NCBI GenBank assembly: GCA_963814375.1
Contig: CAWFCQ010000003.1
Coordinates: forward strand, 96,001 to 160,000
DNA: 64,000 bases
DNA from: an uncultured Chloroflexia bacterium
GTDB taxonomy: Bacteria > Chloroflexota > Limnocylindria > QHBO01
Direction: 5' to 3'
Every line of letters starts with the position of its first letter. Positions within the stretch are counted from its first letter, which is position 1. The notes under the pieces are model-generated. The model was given only the letters and a program-made list of their open reading frames with translations. It was not told the origin of the DNA and did not search any database. The translations under genes were made by a program, and so were the position numbers. Below are positions 1-9,342 of the stretch, in pieces.

Positions 1-759
1 CCCGGTGGCGCGCTCGATGAAGCGGCCCCACGCCGCGAGTGCGGCGTCCAGCTCCTCGACGGCGTCGGGGTCGGCGCCCTTCTGCGGCCCGTAGGTGGCG
101 GCGGCGCCCCGCGTTCCGCACAGCGGATTGTTGACGTCGGAGGCGACCACGATCCGGGTGCGCTGGAGCCGTTCGTCCAGCGCCGCGCCGGTGATCGGCC
201 CGACGCGCGCGAGCGCGACCCCGCCATCGGGCAGCTCCGCGCCGCCGTCGTCGAGCAGCACCAGGCCCAGCTGGCGAAGCAGTCCGCTGCCGCCGTCGGT
301 CGTGGCCGACCCGCCGAGGCCGATCGTGATGCGCTCGACGCCGGCATCGAGCGCCGCGCGGACCAGGTCGCCGGTCCCGCGAGTCGAGGCACGACGGGCG
401 GCGTCCGGCGTTCGTTCGTCGGGAGCCAGCCGTGCGAGTCCGGAGGCGGCCGCCATCTCGATGAAGGCCCCGGTCCCCCCGTCCAGGAGGAGCCAGTCGG
501 CCTCGATCGGTCGCCCGAGCGCATCGGTCGTGTCGACGCTGCGACGCTGCGCGCCGTCTCCGAGCGCTGCGGCAACAGCGGCGAGGGTTCCCTCACCCCC
601 ATCGGCCATCGGGCGCAGGTCGATCTCGTCGCCGGCCCGCACGCGTGACCATCCGGCGGCGATTGCCCGGGCCACGCCGATCGAGTCGAGCGCCCCGCCG
701 AAGGAGTCGGGCGCGATGACGACGCGAAGCGATCGGCCGAGCCCGCGTCCCAGGCTCAT
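1..759 (-). CDS. glxK: Glycerate kinase (GlxK family), runs off the window start
   Basis: My translation from ATG 759 gives VVIAPDSFGGAL...PMADGGEGT...IEMAAASGL...STRGTG...IGLGGSATTDGG...DVNNPLCG...YGPQKGA. ATGA overlap with the upstream gene stop. Confidence 0.93.
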   Translation of the reverse strand, partial: MSLGRGLGRSLRVVIAPDSFGGALDSIGVARAIAAGWSRVRAGDEIDLRPMADGGEGTLAAVAAALGDGAQRRSVDTTDALGRPIEADWLLLDGGTGAFIEMAAASGLARLAPDERTPDAARRASTRGTGDLVRAALDAGVERITIGLGGSATTDGGSGLLRQLGLVLLDDGGAELPDGGVALARVGPITGAALDERLQRTRIVVASDVNNPLCGTRGAAATYGPQKGADPDAVEELDAALAAWGRFIERATG

Positions 760-2732
760 CGGCCTTTCAGGGAGCGGCGTCGCTCGACGTAGGCCGGGAT
801 GGAGGTCATCGGCGGCCTGATCTCGTCGCCGATCTCCCGCACCTCGAGGTTGAAGTTCTCCTTGCCGGTGTTGATGAGCTTCATCCCGCGCCCGACCTCG
901 GTCAGCAGCTCGATCCGATGCCGCTCCTCCAGCTTGCGGATGGCGCCCTGGAGGATGACGTAGGCCATCTGGGACAGGTTCGGCAGCGGCTGGTTGCGAT
1001 GGATGCGCCGCTCGAGGTCGACCTGCCCCATCGCCGCGAGGCCGGCCTGGTCGAGGATGTCGATCAGCAGCCCGGTCTCGACCGCGTAGCCGGTGAAGAA
1101 CGGCAGGCGCTCGAGGAGGTCCCGCCGCCCGGCGTACTCGCCCGACAGGGGCTGGATCATTCCCGACAGCTCGGGGAAGAAGAGGTTGATGAGCGGTCGG
1201 GCCATGAGCTCGGTGACGCGCCCTCCGCCCTCGGCCTGGAGGATGTCGCCCTGCCGGATCGGGCGCTGGTAGAAGCCCTTGACGTACTTGAGCTGTGGCT
1301 CGCGGAGGAGCGGCCCCAGGAGGCCGAAGACGAAGCGCGGCTGGATGTTGCTGATGTCGGTGTCGATCCACGCCACGATGTCGCCGTCGAGCACGTGGAG
1401 GCTCTTCCACAGCGCCTCGCCCTTGCCGGTGAAGGAGCCGACCTCCGGCAGGATCTCGCTGTGCTTCACGACCGGCACGCCCAGCTCGGTGGCGATGGCG
1501 ACCGTGCGATCGGTGCTGTCGGAGTCGATCACCACCATCTGGTCGATGAGCGGCGCGCGATCCATCAGCGCTCCGCGGACGCGCTTGATGACCGTGCCGA
1601 TCGTCTTCTCCTCGTTGAGGGCTGGCAGGCCGACGCTGATCGTCAGGTTCTGACGCTCCTTGAGCGCGACGAGCTTGCGGATGTCGGCGAACTCGCTGGC
1701 GTGGAAGGTGTTCTCTGCGAACCACCTGTCGACGACCACCGGCAATGAGCGGCTGCGCTCCACGAAGGCATCGGCGTGGGCAAGCGTCCCCTCGCTCGCG
1801 CGCAGCTCCTCGAAGGTGGCGAGCCCCACCGACTGCTTCGTCTTGACGACGATCACCGTGGGCTTGGCCTTGCTGGCCACCGACTCGGCCAGGGTCCCGA
1901 ACAGGTAGCGGCCATCCGGGCTGGCATTGCTTGGCTGCGCCGATGCGCCCATCACCACCAGGTCGTGGTTCGCCGCCTCCCTGATGATCGCCTGCCGCAC
2001 CCCGCTCGCCTCCAGGATGAGGCCGGTCGCGCGCCTCGCTCCGGCATGCGTCCGCGTGAACGCGTCAAGCGCGGCCTGCTCGTGCTCGACGGCGCGGGCG
2101 CCGATCCCCTTCGGCACGACGTGGAGCACCACGATTCGCGCGCCGAACCGCTTGGCCAGGTCGCGGCTGATGCGCATCGCCAGCTCGGCGTGCGGGCCAC
2201 CCCGGACCGGCACGAGGATCGAGGCGACCTTCTCCATGCCTCGCTGCTTGACGACCGCGATGTCGCACGGAGACTCGCGGACGACCGCGTCGATGGTCGG
2301 CGAGAAGACGGCCCGTGGCAGCACGCTCTCGCCGGCGAGAACCATCTCCGTCGCCTCGGCCTCGGCCCGAACGACCTGCGCATTGGTGGGCGGCCCGCCC
2401 CAGCCGAAGATCACGAGGTCGGTGCCCTCCTCGCCGACGGCCTCGATCACCCCATCGGCGGCGTGGCGGCTGATGCGGACCAGCGTTCGCAGCTCGACGC
2501 TCTCCTCGTCGCCGAAGTCGAGGACACGCTGGAGGAGGCGGCGCGAGGTCCGCGCCTGGGTCGCGCCCTCGGAGAGGCTGACTCCCTCCGGCACCTCGAC
2601 GATGCCGAGCGCCGTGATCTCGGTCGCGCGCCCGTTGGCCACCCCCGCGCCGATGCGGACGAGGTCGCGCGCGGTGCGTGGGTTGGCCAGCGGCAGGAGG
2701 ATCCGGTACGGCGTGCGGCGTCGGGCGGCCAC
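756..2732 (-). CDS. gpgS: Tandem universal stress protein domains fused to glucosyl-3-phosphoglycerate synthase
   Basis: Probable GTG start at 2732, 5 nt after the upstream stop. Two USP domains (RILLPLAN...SPCDIAVVK; SILVPVRGGPHA...LFGTLAESVA). C-terminal GT81 motifs PALNEE, DSDSTD, GKGEALW, GGRVTEL, QPLSGEYA, RIHRNQ. Confidence 0.88.
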   Translation of the reverse strand: MAARRRTPYRILLPLANPRTARDLVRIGAGVANGRATEITALGIVEVPEGVSLSEGATQARTSRRLLQRVLDFGDEESVELRTLVRISRHAADGVIEAVGEEGTDLVIFGWGGPPTNAQVVRAEAEATEMVLAGESVLPRAVFSPTIDAVVRESPCDIAVVKQRGMEKVASILVPVRGGPHAELAMRISRDLAKRFGARIVVLHVVPKGIGARAVEHEQAALDAFTRTHAGARRATGLILEASGVRQAIIREAANHDLVVMGASAQPSNASPDGRYLFGTLAESVASKAKPTVIVVKTKQSVGLATFEELRASEGTLAHADAFVERSRSLPVVVDRWFAENTFHASEFADIRKLVALKERQNLTISVGLPALNEEKTIGTVIKRVRGALMDRAPLIDQMVVIDSDSTDRTVAIATELGVPVVKHSEILPEVGSFTGKGEALWKSLHVLDGDIVAWIDTDISNIQPRFVFGLLGPLLREPQLKYVKGFYQRPIRQGDILQAEGGGRVTELMARPLINLFFPELSGMIQPLSGEYAGRRDLLERLPFFTGYAVETGLLIDILDQAGLAAMGQVDLERRIHRNQPLPNLSQMAYVILQGAIRKLEERHRIELLTEVGRGMKLINTGKENFNLEVREIGDEIRPPMTSIPAYVERRRSLKGR

Positions 2733-2737
2733 CTGTA

Positions 2738-4045
2738 TCAGGCTCCGGCCTCGGCGCGCATCTCGCCCCAGCGGGTGACGAGGTACGGCTTGAGCTCCTC
2801 GAACTGGCGCGCCTGGTCGTCGATCACCCTCTCCGCCTGGTCGGTGTTGATCTCGAGCGTGTCGCTGATGAAGCCCGCGGTGCGCCCAAAGTACAGGGGG
2901 GTGAGGGCGGCCAGCAGCCGCTCGCGATCGATCCCGGGCCGGTGGAAGGCGACGAGCGAGTCGTAGAGGCATCGCACCCAGAGCTCGGCGCTGAAGTGGA
3001 AATCGGCCGGGTCGCCCTCGGTGTCCAGGCCCATGACCCGGTCCAGCTGCTCGGGGCTGAGCATCTCGGCCCACACCTCGCGCTGGGTCAGCCGCGCCTG
3101 GTCGAGGTTGTCGACCAGCTTGGCGTGGTTGACCTTGATCTCCTCCGGCGCGACGACCCGCTCGAAGCCGTACTCGGGAATCGGATGCGAGCCCTTCACG
3201 CGCAGCCATCGGTCCTCGTAGTGTCCGGCCAGCTTGAAGAGGGTGCCGACCACCTGGCGGAACATCGGCCCCAGGTCGGAGGCCGGATCCTTGGCGTCGT
3301 GGATCTTGGCGCCGAGCCGGGCCTGGCACACCGCGAAGCCCTCGTTGATGGCGCTGTGCGTCATCCAGATGTCGATCCCGAAGCGCGCCGACAGGTCGTC
3401 GAAGGTGTCGAGCTCGAGGTATCGGCTGACGAGATCGCCGGAGACCGCGAAGTCGCCGCCGATGGGCTGGCGGATGCGGGTGCCGTACAGCGCCCGGGTC
3501 AGTGGGTAGCTGATGTTGTTGGTGATCGTGCCGTCGTACTTGTAGCGCGCGTACATCGGCGCCACGAAGTCGTAGCCGCCCTTGAGGATCGGGCCGGCGA
3601 GGAGCTCCACCCACTCGGGCACGATCGAGCGCAGGTCGGAGTCGACCATGACCATCGCCTTGACCTTGAGCTCGTGGGCCACCTCGAAGAGGGCGCGGAC
3701 CGCGGTGCCCTTCCCGCTTATGCCCTGGTACGTGAAGCTGATGCGCTGGAGCTTGTGCTTGGGGCTGACGAGGATGACCTTCTCGAGGTAGTCGGGGCTC
3801 TCGGTGCTGACCGCAACCCTCGGGGTGTCGTCGGGGGAGCCACCGTCGCTGTTGACCAGGATCGGCTTGAGCTCGGGGAAGTACTGCACCATCCCGGCGG
3901 TCGTGGCACGGACCACGTAGCCGATGGTCTCAGCGTTGCCGAAGGACGGGATCCCGACCATGAGATCGGCGTTGCCCACGCGCCTGACCTCGGCCAGCCC
4001 ATCGGTATCGAGGGCCGATGGCGCCGTGGTGGGATTCGAGGTCAG
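2738..4045 (-). CDS. Glucosylglycerate synthase-like GT-A glycosyltransferase (Ggs/MgS-related)
   Basis: Motifs VGIPSFGNAETI, NSDGGSPD, GKGTA, DSDLRSI, RYKYDGTITN, RQPIGGDF, FGIDIW, KIHDAKDP. Start is CTG 4045 (GAGGAGG 6 nt upstream) or GTG 3979. Confidence 0.75.
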   Translation of the reverse strand: MTSNPTTAPSALDTDGLAEVRRVGNADLMVGIPSFGNAETIGYVVRATTAGMVQYFPELKPILVNSDGGSPDDTPRVAVSTESPDYLEKVILVSPKHKLQRISFTYQGISGKGTAVRALFEVAHELKVKAMVMVDSDLRSIVPEWVELLAGPILKGGYDFVAPMYARYKYDGTITNNISYPLTRALYGTRIRQPIGGDFAVSGDLVSRYLELDTFDDLSARFGIDIWMTHSAINEGFAVCQARLGAKIHDAKDPASDLGPMFRQVVGTLFKLAGHYEDRWLRVKGSHPIPEYGFERVVAPEEIKVNHAKLVDNLDQARLTQREVWAEMLSPEQLDRVMGLDTEGDPADFHFSAELWVRCLYDSLVAFHRPGIDRERLLAALTPLYFGRTAGFISDTLEINTDQAERVIDDQARQFEELKPYLVTRWGEMRAEAGA

Positions 4046-4126
4046 GGCGAGCCTCCTCGGTCGCTGGGGTGGGAGCTCAGGGGGTCACCGATGGTAGCAC
4101 TCGCCGTGATTCGGCCCGCCGGCACC

Positions 4127-4804
4127 TCAGTCGCGGATGCGGCGGATCCGCTCCCGGGAGCCGACGAGCCGGCCGATCATGCCGCGCGGGGTCTCGGCTC
4201 GCAGTGACAGCTTGAGCCAGTCGTCGTTGCGCTCGCCAGGGACGTAATGCGAGTTCTGGTGCTTCGCGAGGTAGTGGGTGAACCCGTTCGTGCGCCACCC
4301 GATGACCCAGCCGCCGAGCGGGTGCTTCACCACGGGGCTGAGACGAACCTGCACGCCCTCGTCGACGACCGACTCGAGTAGGCGGCGACGCTCCTGGAAC
4401 GGGACGTCGAAGAGGGGCTCATCGTCCAGCTCGACGAGGTCGACGGCCACGAAAGCGCGACGCCGCTCCGCCTCGAGCGGATCGGGCAGCTCGTCGGCCA
4501 GGCCCTCCTCGGCGATCGTGTCGGCCCAGGTGCGGGCGAGGCTGCCGTCCCCGACGAAGGGCTGCGCGGTCCAGACCCCGTCGATCACGGCGCGGTCGGC
4601 CAGGACCGCCGATGCCAGCAGCGACCCGGCCTCGGCGAGATCACCGCCAACCGGCTTGCCGAGCTCGTCGTTGACGGCCGCATCACCGCGATCGATCCGC
4701 GCCATCAGGCGCTCTCCGGGCCAGAGCGGCTCGAACAGCCACTCGACGCTCATGATCTCTGCGTTGGCGACGGTAGGGCGCTGCGGGAAGACCGGATCGG
4801 CCAT
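4127..4804 (-). CDS. ATP-dependent DNA ligase adenylation-domain homologue, catalytically degenerate
   Basis: LigD/LigC-like motif order EWLFEPLWPGER, VIDGV, FVAVDLV, PFQERRRLL, YLAKHQNSHYVPG...DWLKL. Motif I Lys absent and no OB domain. Confidence 0.75.
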   Translation of the reverse strand: MADPVFPQRPTVANAEIMSVEWLFEPLWPGERLMARIDRGDAAVNDELGKPVGGDLAEAGSLLASAVLADRAVIDGVWTAQPFVGDGSLARTWADTIAEEGLADELPDPLEAERRRAFVAVDLVELDDEPLFDVPFQERRRLLESVVDEGVQVRLSPVVKHPLGGWVIGWRTNGFTHYLAKHQNSHYVPGERNDDWLKLSLRAETPRGMIGRLVGSRERIRRIRD

Positions 4805-4838
4805 TCGCTACAGCCTACTGCCGACGGCTCGGATCGGT

Positions 4839-6107
4839 TCAGCCGCGGTCGTACAGGTTGAGCTGGCCCTCTTCGACGTTGGCGCCGACCTCGCTGCGGA
4901 TCGCCTCCCAGGCGTCGAGGTCCCACTCGCCGACGAAGGTGATGGCCGTCCCCTCGCGCCCCGCGCGACCGGTCCGCCCGATGCGGTGGACGTACGTATC
5001 CGCGTCCTCGGGGATGTCGAACGACAGCACGTAGGGCAGGTCGGTGATGTCGAGCCCGCGGCTGGCCACGTTCGTGGCGATGAGGAACTGGATCTTGCCG
5101 GCCTTGAAGGCGGCCAGCGTCCGGTCGCGCTCGCGCTGCGAGAGGCCGCCGTGCAGGGCGGCCACGTTCTTGCCGCGGCGCTTGAGCGTTGCGGCCAGGC
5201 GGTCGACCCCGATCTGGGTGTGGCGGAAGGTGAGGAGGCGGTCGAAGCCGTAGTGCTCGTTGAGCTCGACCAGGGCCGCGACCTTGTCCTGCTCGGCGAC
5301 GAAGTAGACGAGCTGGCGCACCGTCTCGACGGTCCGCAGGTCGGGGCGGACCGTCACGTGCGCGGGATCGCGCTTCATGAACCGATCGCAGATGCGCAGG
5401 ATGGCGTACGGCATCGTGGCGCTGAAGAGGGCGGTCTGGCGCTCGCGCGGGCAGCGCGAGAGGATCGTCTCGACGTCGACGATGAAGCCCATGTCGAGCA
5501 TGCGGTCCGCCTCGTCCAGGATGACGGTGTGGACCCGGTCGAGCGCGAGCTCGCGACGTCGGATCAGGTCGAGCACCCGACCCGGTGTCCCGACCACGAC
5601 CTGCGCGCCGCGCTTCAGCGCCTCGACCTGGCGATCCATCGACGCGCCGCCGTAGATCGCCACCGTGCTGACACCGCGGAATCGGCCGATGCGGGCGATC
5701 TCGTCGGTGACCTGCACGCACAGCTCGCGCGTCGGGGTCAGCACCAGGGCCTGGACGTGCACCGATGACGGATCGATCTTCTCGACGATCGGGATGCCGA
5801 ACGCGGCGGTCTTGCCGGTTCCCGTCTGCGCCTGGCCGATGAGGTCCTCGCCTCGCCGAAGCGGCGGGATCGCGCGGGCCTGGACCTCGGTCGGCGTGAC
5901 GAATCCCATCGATTCGATCGCGCGGGCGATGGTCGCGGGGACCTCGATGTCGCCGAAGCGGTAGCCGCGGGCGGCGGCGAGGACGGCCGTCTCGAACTCG
6001 GACGGCTCGTGGGCCGCGGCCGGGGAGACCTCGATGGCCACCGCGTCGGTGGCGTCGGGTCGATTGCGCGACCGGCGTCGGGCGCGGCTGGTTTCGGTAT
6101 CGGGCAA
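4839..6107 (-). CDS. DEAD-box RNA helicase
   Basis: Q motif, AQTGTGKT, PTREL, TPGR, DEAD, SAT, RGLD, HRIGRTGR. Probable TTG start after GGAG. Confidence 0.95.
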   Translation of the reverse strand: MPDTETSRARRRSRNRPDATDAVAIEVSPAAAHEPSEFETAVLAAARGYRFGDIEVPATIARAIESMGFVTPTEVQARAIPPLRRGEDLIGQAQTGTGKTAAFGIPIVEKIDPSSVHVQALVLTPTRELCVQVTDEIARIGRFRGVSTVAIYGGASMDRQVEALKRGAQVVVGTPGRVLDLIRRRELALDRVHTVILDEADRMLDMGFIVDVETILSRCPRERQTALFSATMPYAILRICDRFMKRDPAHVTVRPDLRTVETVRQLVYFVAEQDKVAALVELNEHYGFDRLLTFRHTQIGVDRLAATLKRRGKNVAALHGGLSQRERDRTLAAFKAGKIQFLIATNVASRGLDITDLPYVLSFDIPEDADTYVHRIGRTGRAGREGTAITFVGEWDLDAWEAIRSEVGANVEEGQLNLYDRG

Positions 6108-6230
6108 GCGGGACTCCAGATGGGGTGGGCGGCGGCGCCGGGGCGCCGAGAGCGGACGCAGAGAGGGCGCACCTGCTCGGCCGCTCTCGGATGCTACCAC
6201 GGCAAGGCGCCGGTCCCCCTCGTGGCGACC

Positions 6231-6271
6231 TTGACGGGTGGCGCTTCCTCCAGATGATACTCAGTCTCGTC
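6231..6271 (+). promoter_or_regulatory. Putative promoter with a Fur/Zur-box-like operator for the ZIP-Fur operon
   Basis: TTGACG at 6231. GATGATACTCAGTCTCGTC (6253-6271) resembles the Fur-family box AATGATAATCATTCTCATT and lies just upstream of a ZIP transporter plus Fur regulator. Confidence 0.5.
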
Positions 6272-6274
6272 CCC

Positions 6275-7030
6275 ATGCCTATTGCCGTCGCCGCCGTCCT
6301 CGTCTCGATCGGCGCCTTCGCCTCCGCCTTCGTCGGCGGTCTGCTCGCGCTGCGCGCGGTCACCCACGTCGGGCTGATCATCGCGGCGGGAGCCGGGATC
6401 CGCATCGGGGCCGCCTATTTCGACCTCATCCCGGAAAGCGTCGAGCATCTTGGCTCGCTCGATCTGGCGATGATCTTCACCGCCTTCGGCTTCCTCGCCT
6501 TCTATGCGGTCGAGAAGATGACCGCCCTGCACGTGGGACACGAGACGGCCACCGAGCTCGATCACGGCGAGGTCGAGCACCGCCACATCGGCATCCTGGG
6601 TGCCGCGGGGATGAGCCTCCACAGCTTCCTCGACGGCGTCGCGCTCGCCGCCGGCCTCGCGGTCGGCGGCGGCCTGGGCCTGGTGATCGCGGTCGTCGTG
6701 GTCGTGCACCGCTTCAGCGACGGCATCGGCATCGTCAGCCTCCTGCTGGCGAGCCGCACCCCGCGCAACGAGATCCTGCGCTGGGTGGCGCTGTCGGCGC
6801 TGGCGCCGGTGGTCGGCGTCGTCGTCGGCCTGCTGCTGCCGATCCCCGACAGCGTCCTCGGCGGCATGCTGGCGGTGTTCGCCGGCTTCTTCCTGTACAT
6901 CGGCGCCGCGGAGCTCCTGCCCGAGGCGCACCGCAGCGATCGCTCGCGCTGGGTCGTCGCGGCAACCCTGGCCGGGGTCGCGGCGATCTACGCCATATCC
7001 ATCTTCGCGGAGGCGGTGGCGGCACCGTGA
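6275..7030 (+). CDS. ZIP-family divalent metal transporter
   Basis: Hydrophobic protein with LIPES, His-containing loop, LHSFLDG, VVHRFSDG and ELLPEAH. ATG at 6275. Confidence 0.9.
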   Translation: MPIAVAAVLVSIGAFASAFVGGLLALRAVTHVGLIIAAGAGIRIGAAYFDLIPESVEHLGSLDLAMIFTAFGFLAFYAVEKMTALHVGHETATELDHGEVEHRHIGILGAAGMSLHSFLDGVALAAGLAVGGGLGLVIAVVVVVHRFSDGIGIVSLLLASRTPRNEILRWVALSALAPVVGVVVGLLLPIPDSVLGGMLAVFAGFFLYIGAAELLPEAHRSDRSRWVVAATLAGVAAIYAISIFAEAVAAP

Positions 7031-7452
7031 CCGGCGCATCGACGGCCGATCGGCTGCGCGGGGCGGGTGAACGCGTCACCCGGCAGCGTCTGCTGGTGGC
7101 GGATGCGCTCGGTGCCATGGGCCGGCAGGCCACCGCGCAGGAGCTGTACGACCACCTTCGGCGAAGCGATCCGAGCATCGGGCGCGCCACCGTCTTTCGC
7201 ACCCTGGAGTCGCTGGTGATCGCGGGCGTCGCTCGCCGCCTCGAGCTTGGCGGTCACGTCTACGGCTACGTCGCCTGCCGCCCGGAGCACCATCACCACC
7301 TTGCCTGCGACCGATGCGGGCGCGTCGAGGAGATCGGAGAGGCGTACATCGCTCCGGTTGCCGAGCGCGTGGCGGCCGACATCGGGTTCCGGATCGACGA
7401 CGCGCGGATGGACTTCTACGGCCTCTGTGCCGACTGCGCCCGGACGGCCTAG
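7027..7452 (+). CDS. Fur-family regulator (Zur-like)
   Basis: RVTRQR, ATVFRTL, HHHHLACDRCG, FYGLCADC. GTG overlaps the ZIP stop. Confidence 0.92.
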   Translation: MTGASTADRLRGAGERVTRQRLLVADALGAMGRQATAQELYDHLRRSDPSIGRATVFRTLESLVIAGVARRLELGGHVYGYVACRPEHHHHLACDRCGRVEEIGEAYIAPVAERVAADIGFRIDDARMDFYGLCADCARTA

Positions 7453-8489
7453 CCCGCCGAGCCTGCCACCTGTGCCGGGCGCAGGGTGCCTGCCCCGTTC
7501 GAGGCGGCATCGGCATAGCCGGTCGGATGCGCCTCGCGCCACGCCCATGCGTCGGCGAGCATGTGCTCGAGTGACGAGTGCGTCGGCTGCCATCCGAGCT
7601 CACGCCGCGCCCGCCGCGACGAGGCCACCAGCACCGGGGGATCCCCGACCCGACGCCGCACCGGGCGCGCCGGTATGGCGCGTCCGGTCACGCGCCGCGC
7701 CGCTTCCACCACTTCGCGCACGCTGAAGCCCGCCGCCGACCCGAGGTTGTAGACCTCGAGCGATGCATCGGCCTCACCCGTGGCCTCGAGCGCGAGCAGG
7801 TGCGCGTTCGCGATGTCGCGAACATGGAGGAAGTCGCGAATGCAGGTCCCGTCCGGCGTCGGGTAGTCCTGGCCGTGGATCTGAACGTGGGTCGCCTCGC
7901 CGGCGGCCACTCGAAGCACGAGCGGCATGAGGTGGGTCTCCGGGTCGTGGTCCTCGCCGTTGCGCTCGGTCGCGCCGGCCACGTTGAAGTAGCGCAGGCT
8001 GATGGCGCGGAAGTCGTGGGCCGCGCAGAACCAGCGCATCGCCCCCTCGAATGCGAGTTTCGTCTCGCCGTACGGATTGATCGGCTGGGTGCGATCCGCC
8101 TCCGCGATCGGGACACGCTTCGGCTCGCCGTAGACCGCGGCCGTCGAGCTGTACACCAGGCGCGTCACGCGTGCCTCACGCATCGCCTCGAGCAGCGCGA
8201 CCCCACCTGACACGTTGGTGCGGTAATAGAGGCCTGGCTCGAGCATCGACTCGCCGACGAGCGATCGCGCGGCACAGTGCAGCACGGCATCGACGCCGTT
8301 GGAGAGGATGCGCACCAGCCGCTGCTTGTCGCCGATGTCCCCGACGACGAGCCTCGCGCCGTCGGGCACCGCCGCGGCGTGGCCGCTCGAGAGGTTGTCG
8401 TAGACCACCACCCGATGACCGGCGTCGACGAAGCGCTCGACGCTGGTCGAGCCCACGTAGCCGGCGCCACCCACGACGAGGATCTTCAA
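7449..8489 (-). CDS. galE: UDP-glucose 4-epimerase
   Basis: GGAGYVGS, SSTAAVYG, PYGETK, LRYFNVAGA, DGTCIRDFLHV. Confidence 0.95.
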   Translation of the reverse strand: MKILVVGGAGYVGSTSVERFVDAGHRVVVYDNLSSGHAAAVPDGARLVVGDIGDKQRLVRILSNGVDAVLHCAARSLVGESMLEPGLYYRTNVSGGVALLEAMREARVTRLVYSSTAAVYGEPKRVPIAEADRTQPINPYGETKLAFEGAMRWFCAAHDFRAISLRYFNVAGATERNGEDHDPETHLMPLVLRVAAGEATHVQIHGQDYPTPDGTCIRDFLHVRDIANAHLLALEATGEADASLEVYNLGSAAGFSVREVVEAARRVTGRAIPARPVRRRVGDPPVLVASSRRARRELGWQPTHSSLEHMLADAWAWREAHPTGYADAASNGAGTLRPAQVAGSAG

Positions 8490-8508
8490 ACCGACGGCCC
8501 TCCGATGC

Positions 8509-9207
8509 CTAGACCGACGCGGCGCCGGCGAGCGCGCCGGGCTCTGCGAGCGATCGCGCCATGGTCGTGGTCAGGAGCGTCGAGATCCGCGTCGCGCCGG
8601 CGGCCACCGCCTCCGCGAGCTGATCCGTGCTGCGGAAGCGGCCGGAGGCCTTGACCCCGATGCGCGGTCCCACGCTGTCGCGCAGCAGCCGCGTGCCCGC
8701 CAGCGTGGCGGCCGCGCTGGCAGCGCCGTCGCCGGTGACGACATAGTCCGCTCCGGCGCGCTCGGCGAGGTTGCAGGCCCGGCGCACGAGGTCCTCGGCC
8801 AGGGAATCGGTGCTGACGATGACACCCGCCGACGCAAGCGCGGAGTGAGCCATATCGATGACAGCGAGCATGTCGTTGTAGACGGTCTCGTCATCGCCCG
8901 AGGCGAGGGCCCCGCCGTTGACGACGAAGTCGATCTGGGTCGCGCCCTGCTCGAGCGCCTTCGATGCCTCGAATGCCTTGACGCTCAACAGCTGCGATCC
9001 GTGGGGATAACCGACGACCGTCCCGAGCGTCACGCGCGAGCGCCCGAGCTGACGCTTGGCGGCCTTGACCAGCCAGGGGTTCACCGTCAGGGCCGCGAGT
9101 TCATGGTCGGCCGCCATCGTCACCGCCGCTGCCAGATCGGCGAGCGACGCGTTGGGTGTGGTGAGCCGGTGCTCGAGACGAAGGGCCCGACGCACGCTGG
9201 CGGTCAT
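8509..9207 (-). CDS. Deoxyribose-phosphate aldolase homologue, catalytically degenerate
   Basis: TVVGYPHG, KAFEA, GATQIDFV, GVKASG, GATRIST match DeoC. The Schiff-base motif ADFVKTSTG reads ADYVVTGDG. Confidence 0.8.
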   Translation of the reverse strand: MTASVRRALRLEHRLTTPNASLADLAAAVTMAADHELAALTVNPWLVKAAKRQLGRSRVTLGTVVGYPHGSQLLSVKAFEASKALEQGATQIDFVVNGGALASGDDETVYNDMLAVIDMAHSALASAGVIVSTDSLAEDLVRRACNLAERAGADYVVTGDGAASAAATLAGTRLLRDSVGPRIGVKASGRFRSTDQLAEAVAAGATRISTLLTTTMARSLAEPGALAGAASV

Positions 9208-9342
9208 CGGAGCACGATCCCTCCGGTCGTTGTCGGCGGTCGATGATGAGGGTGAAGGCATGGCCCGGACGGCCGATTGTAGCAGCGTCCTTTCGGGTAC
9301 CGACCACCTAGGGTCGAAGATCGGTCCAGGTGGTGCCGGTGG

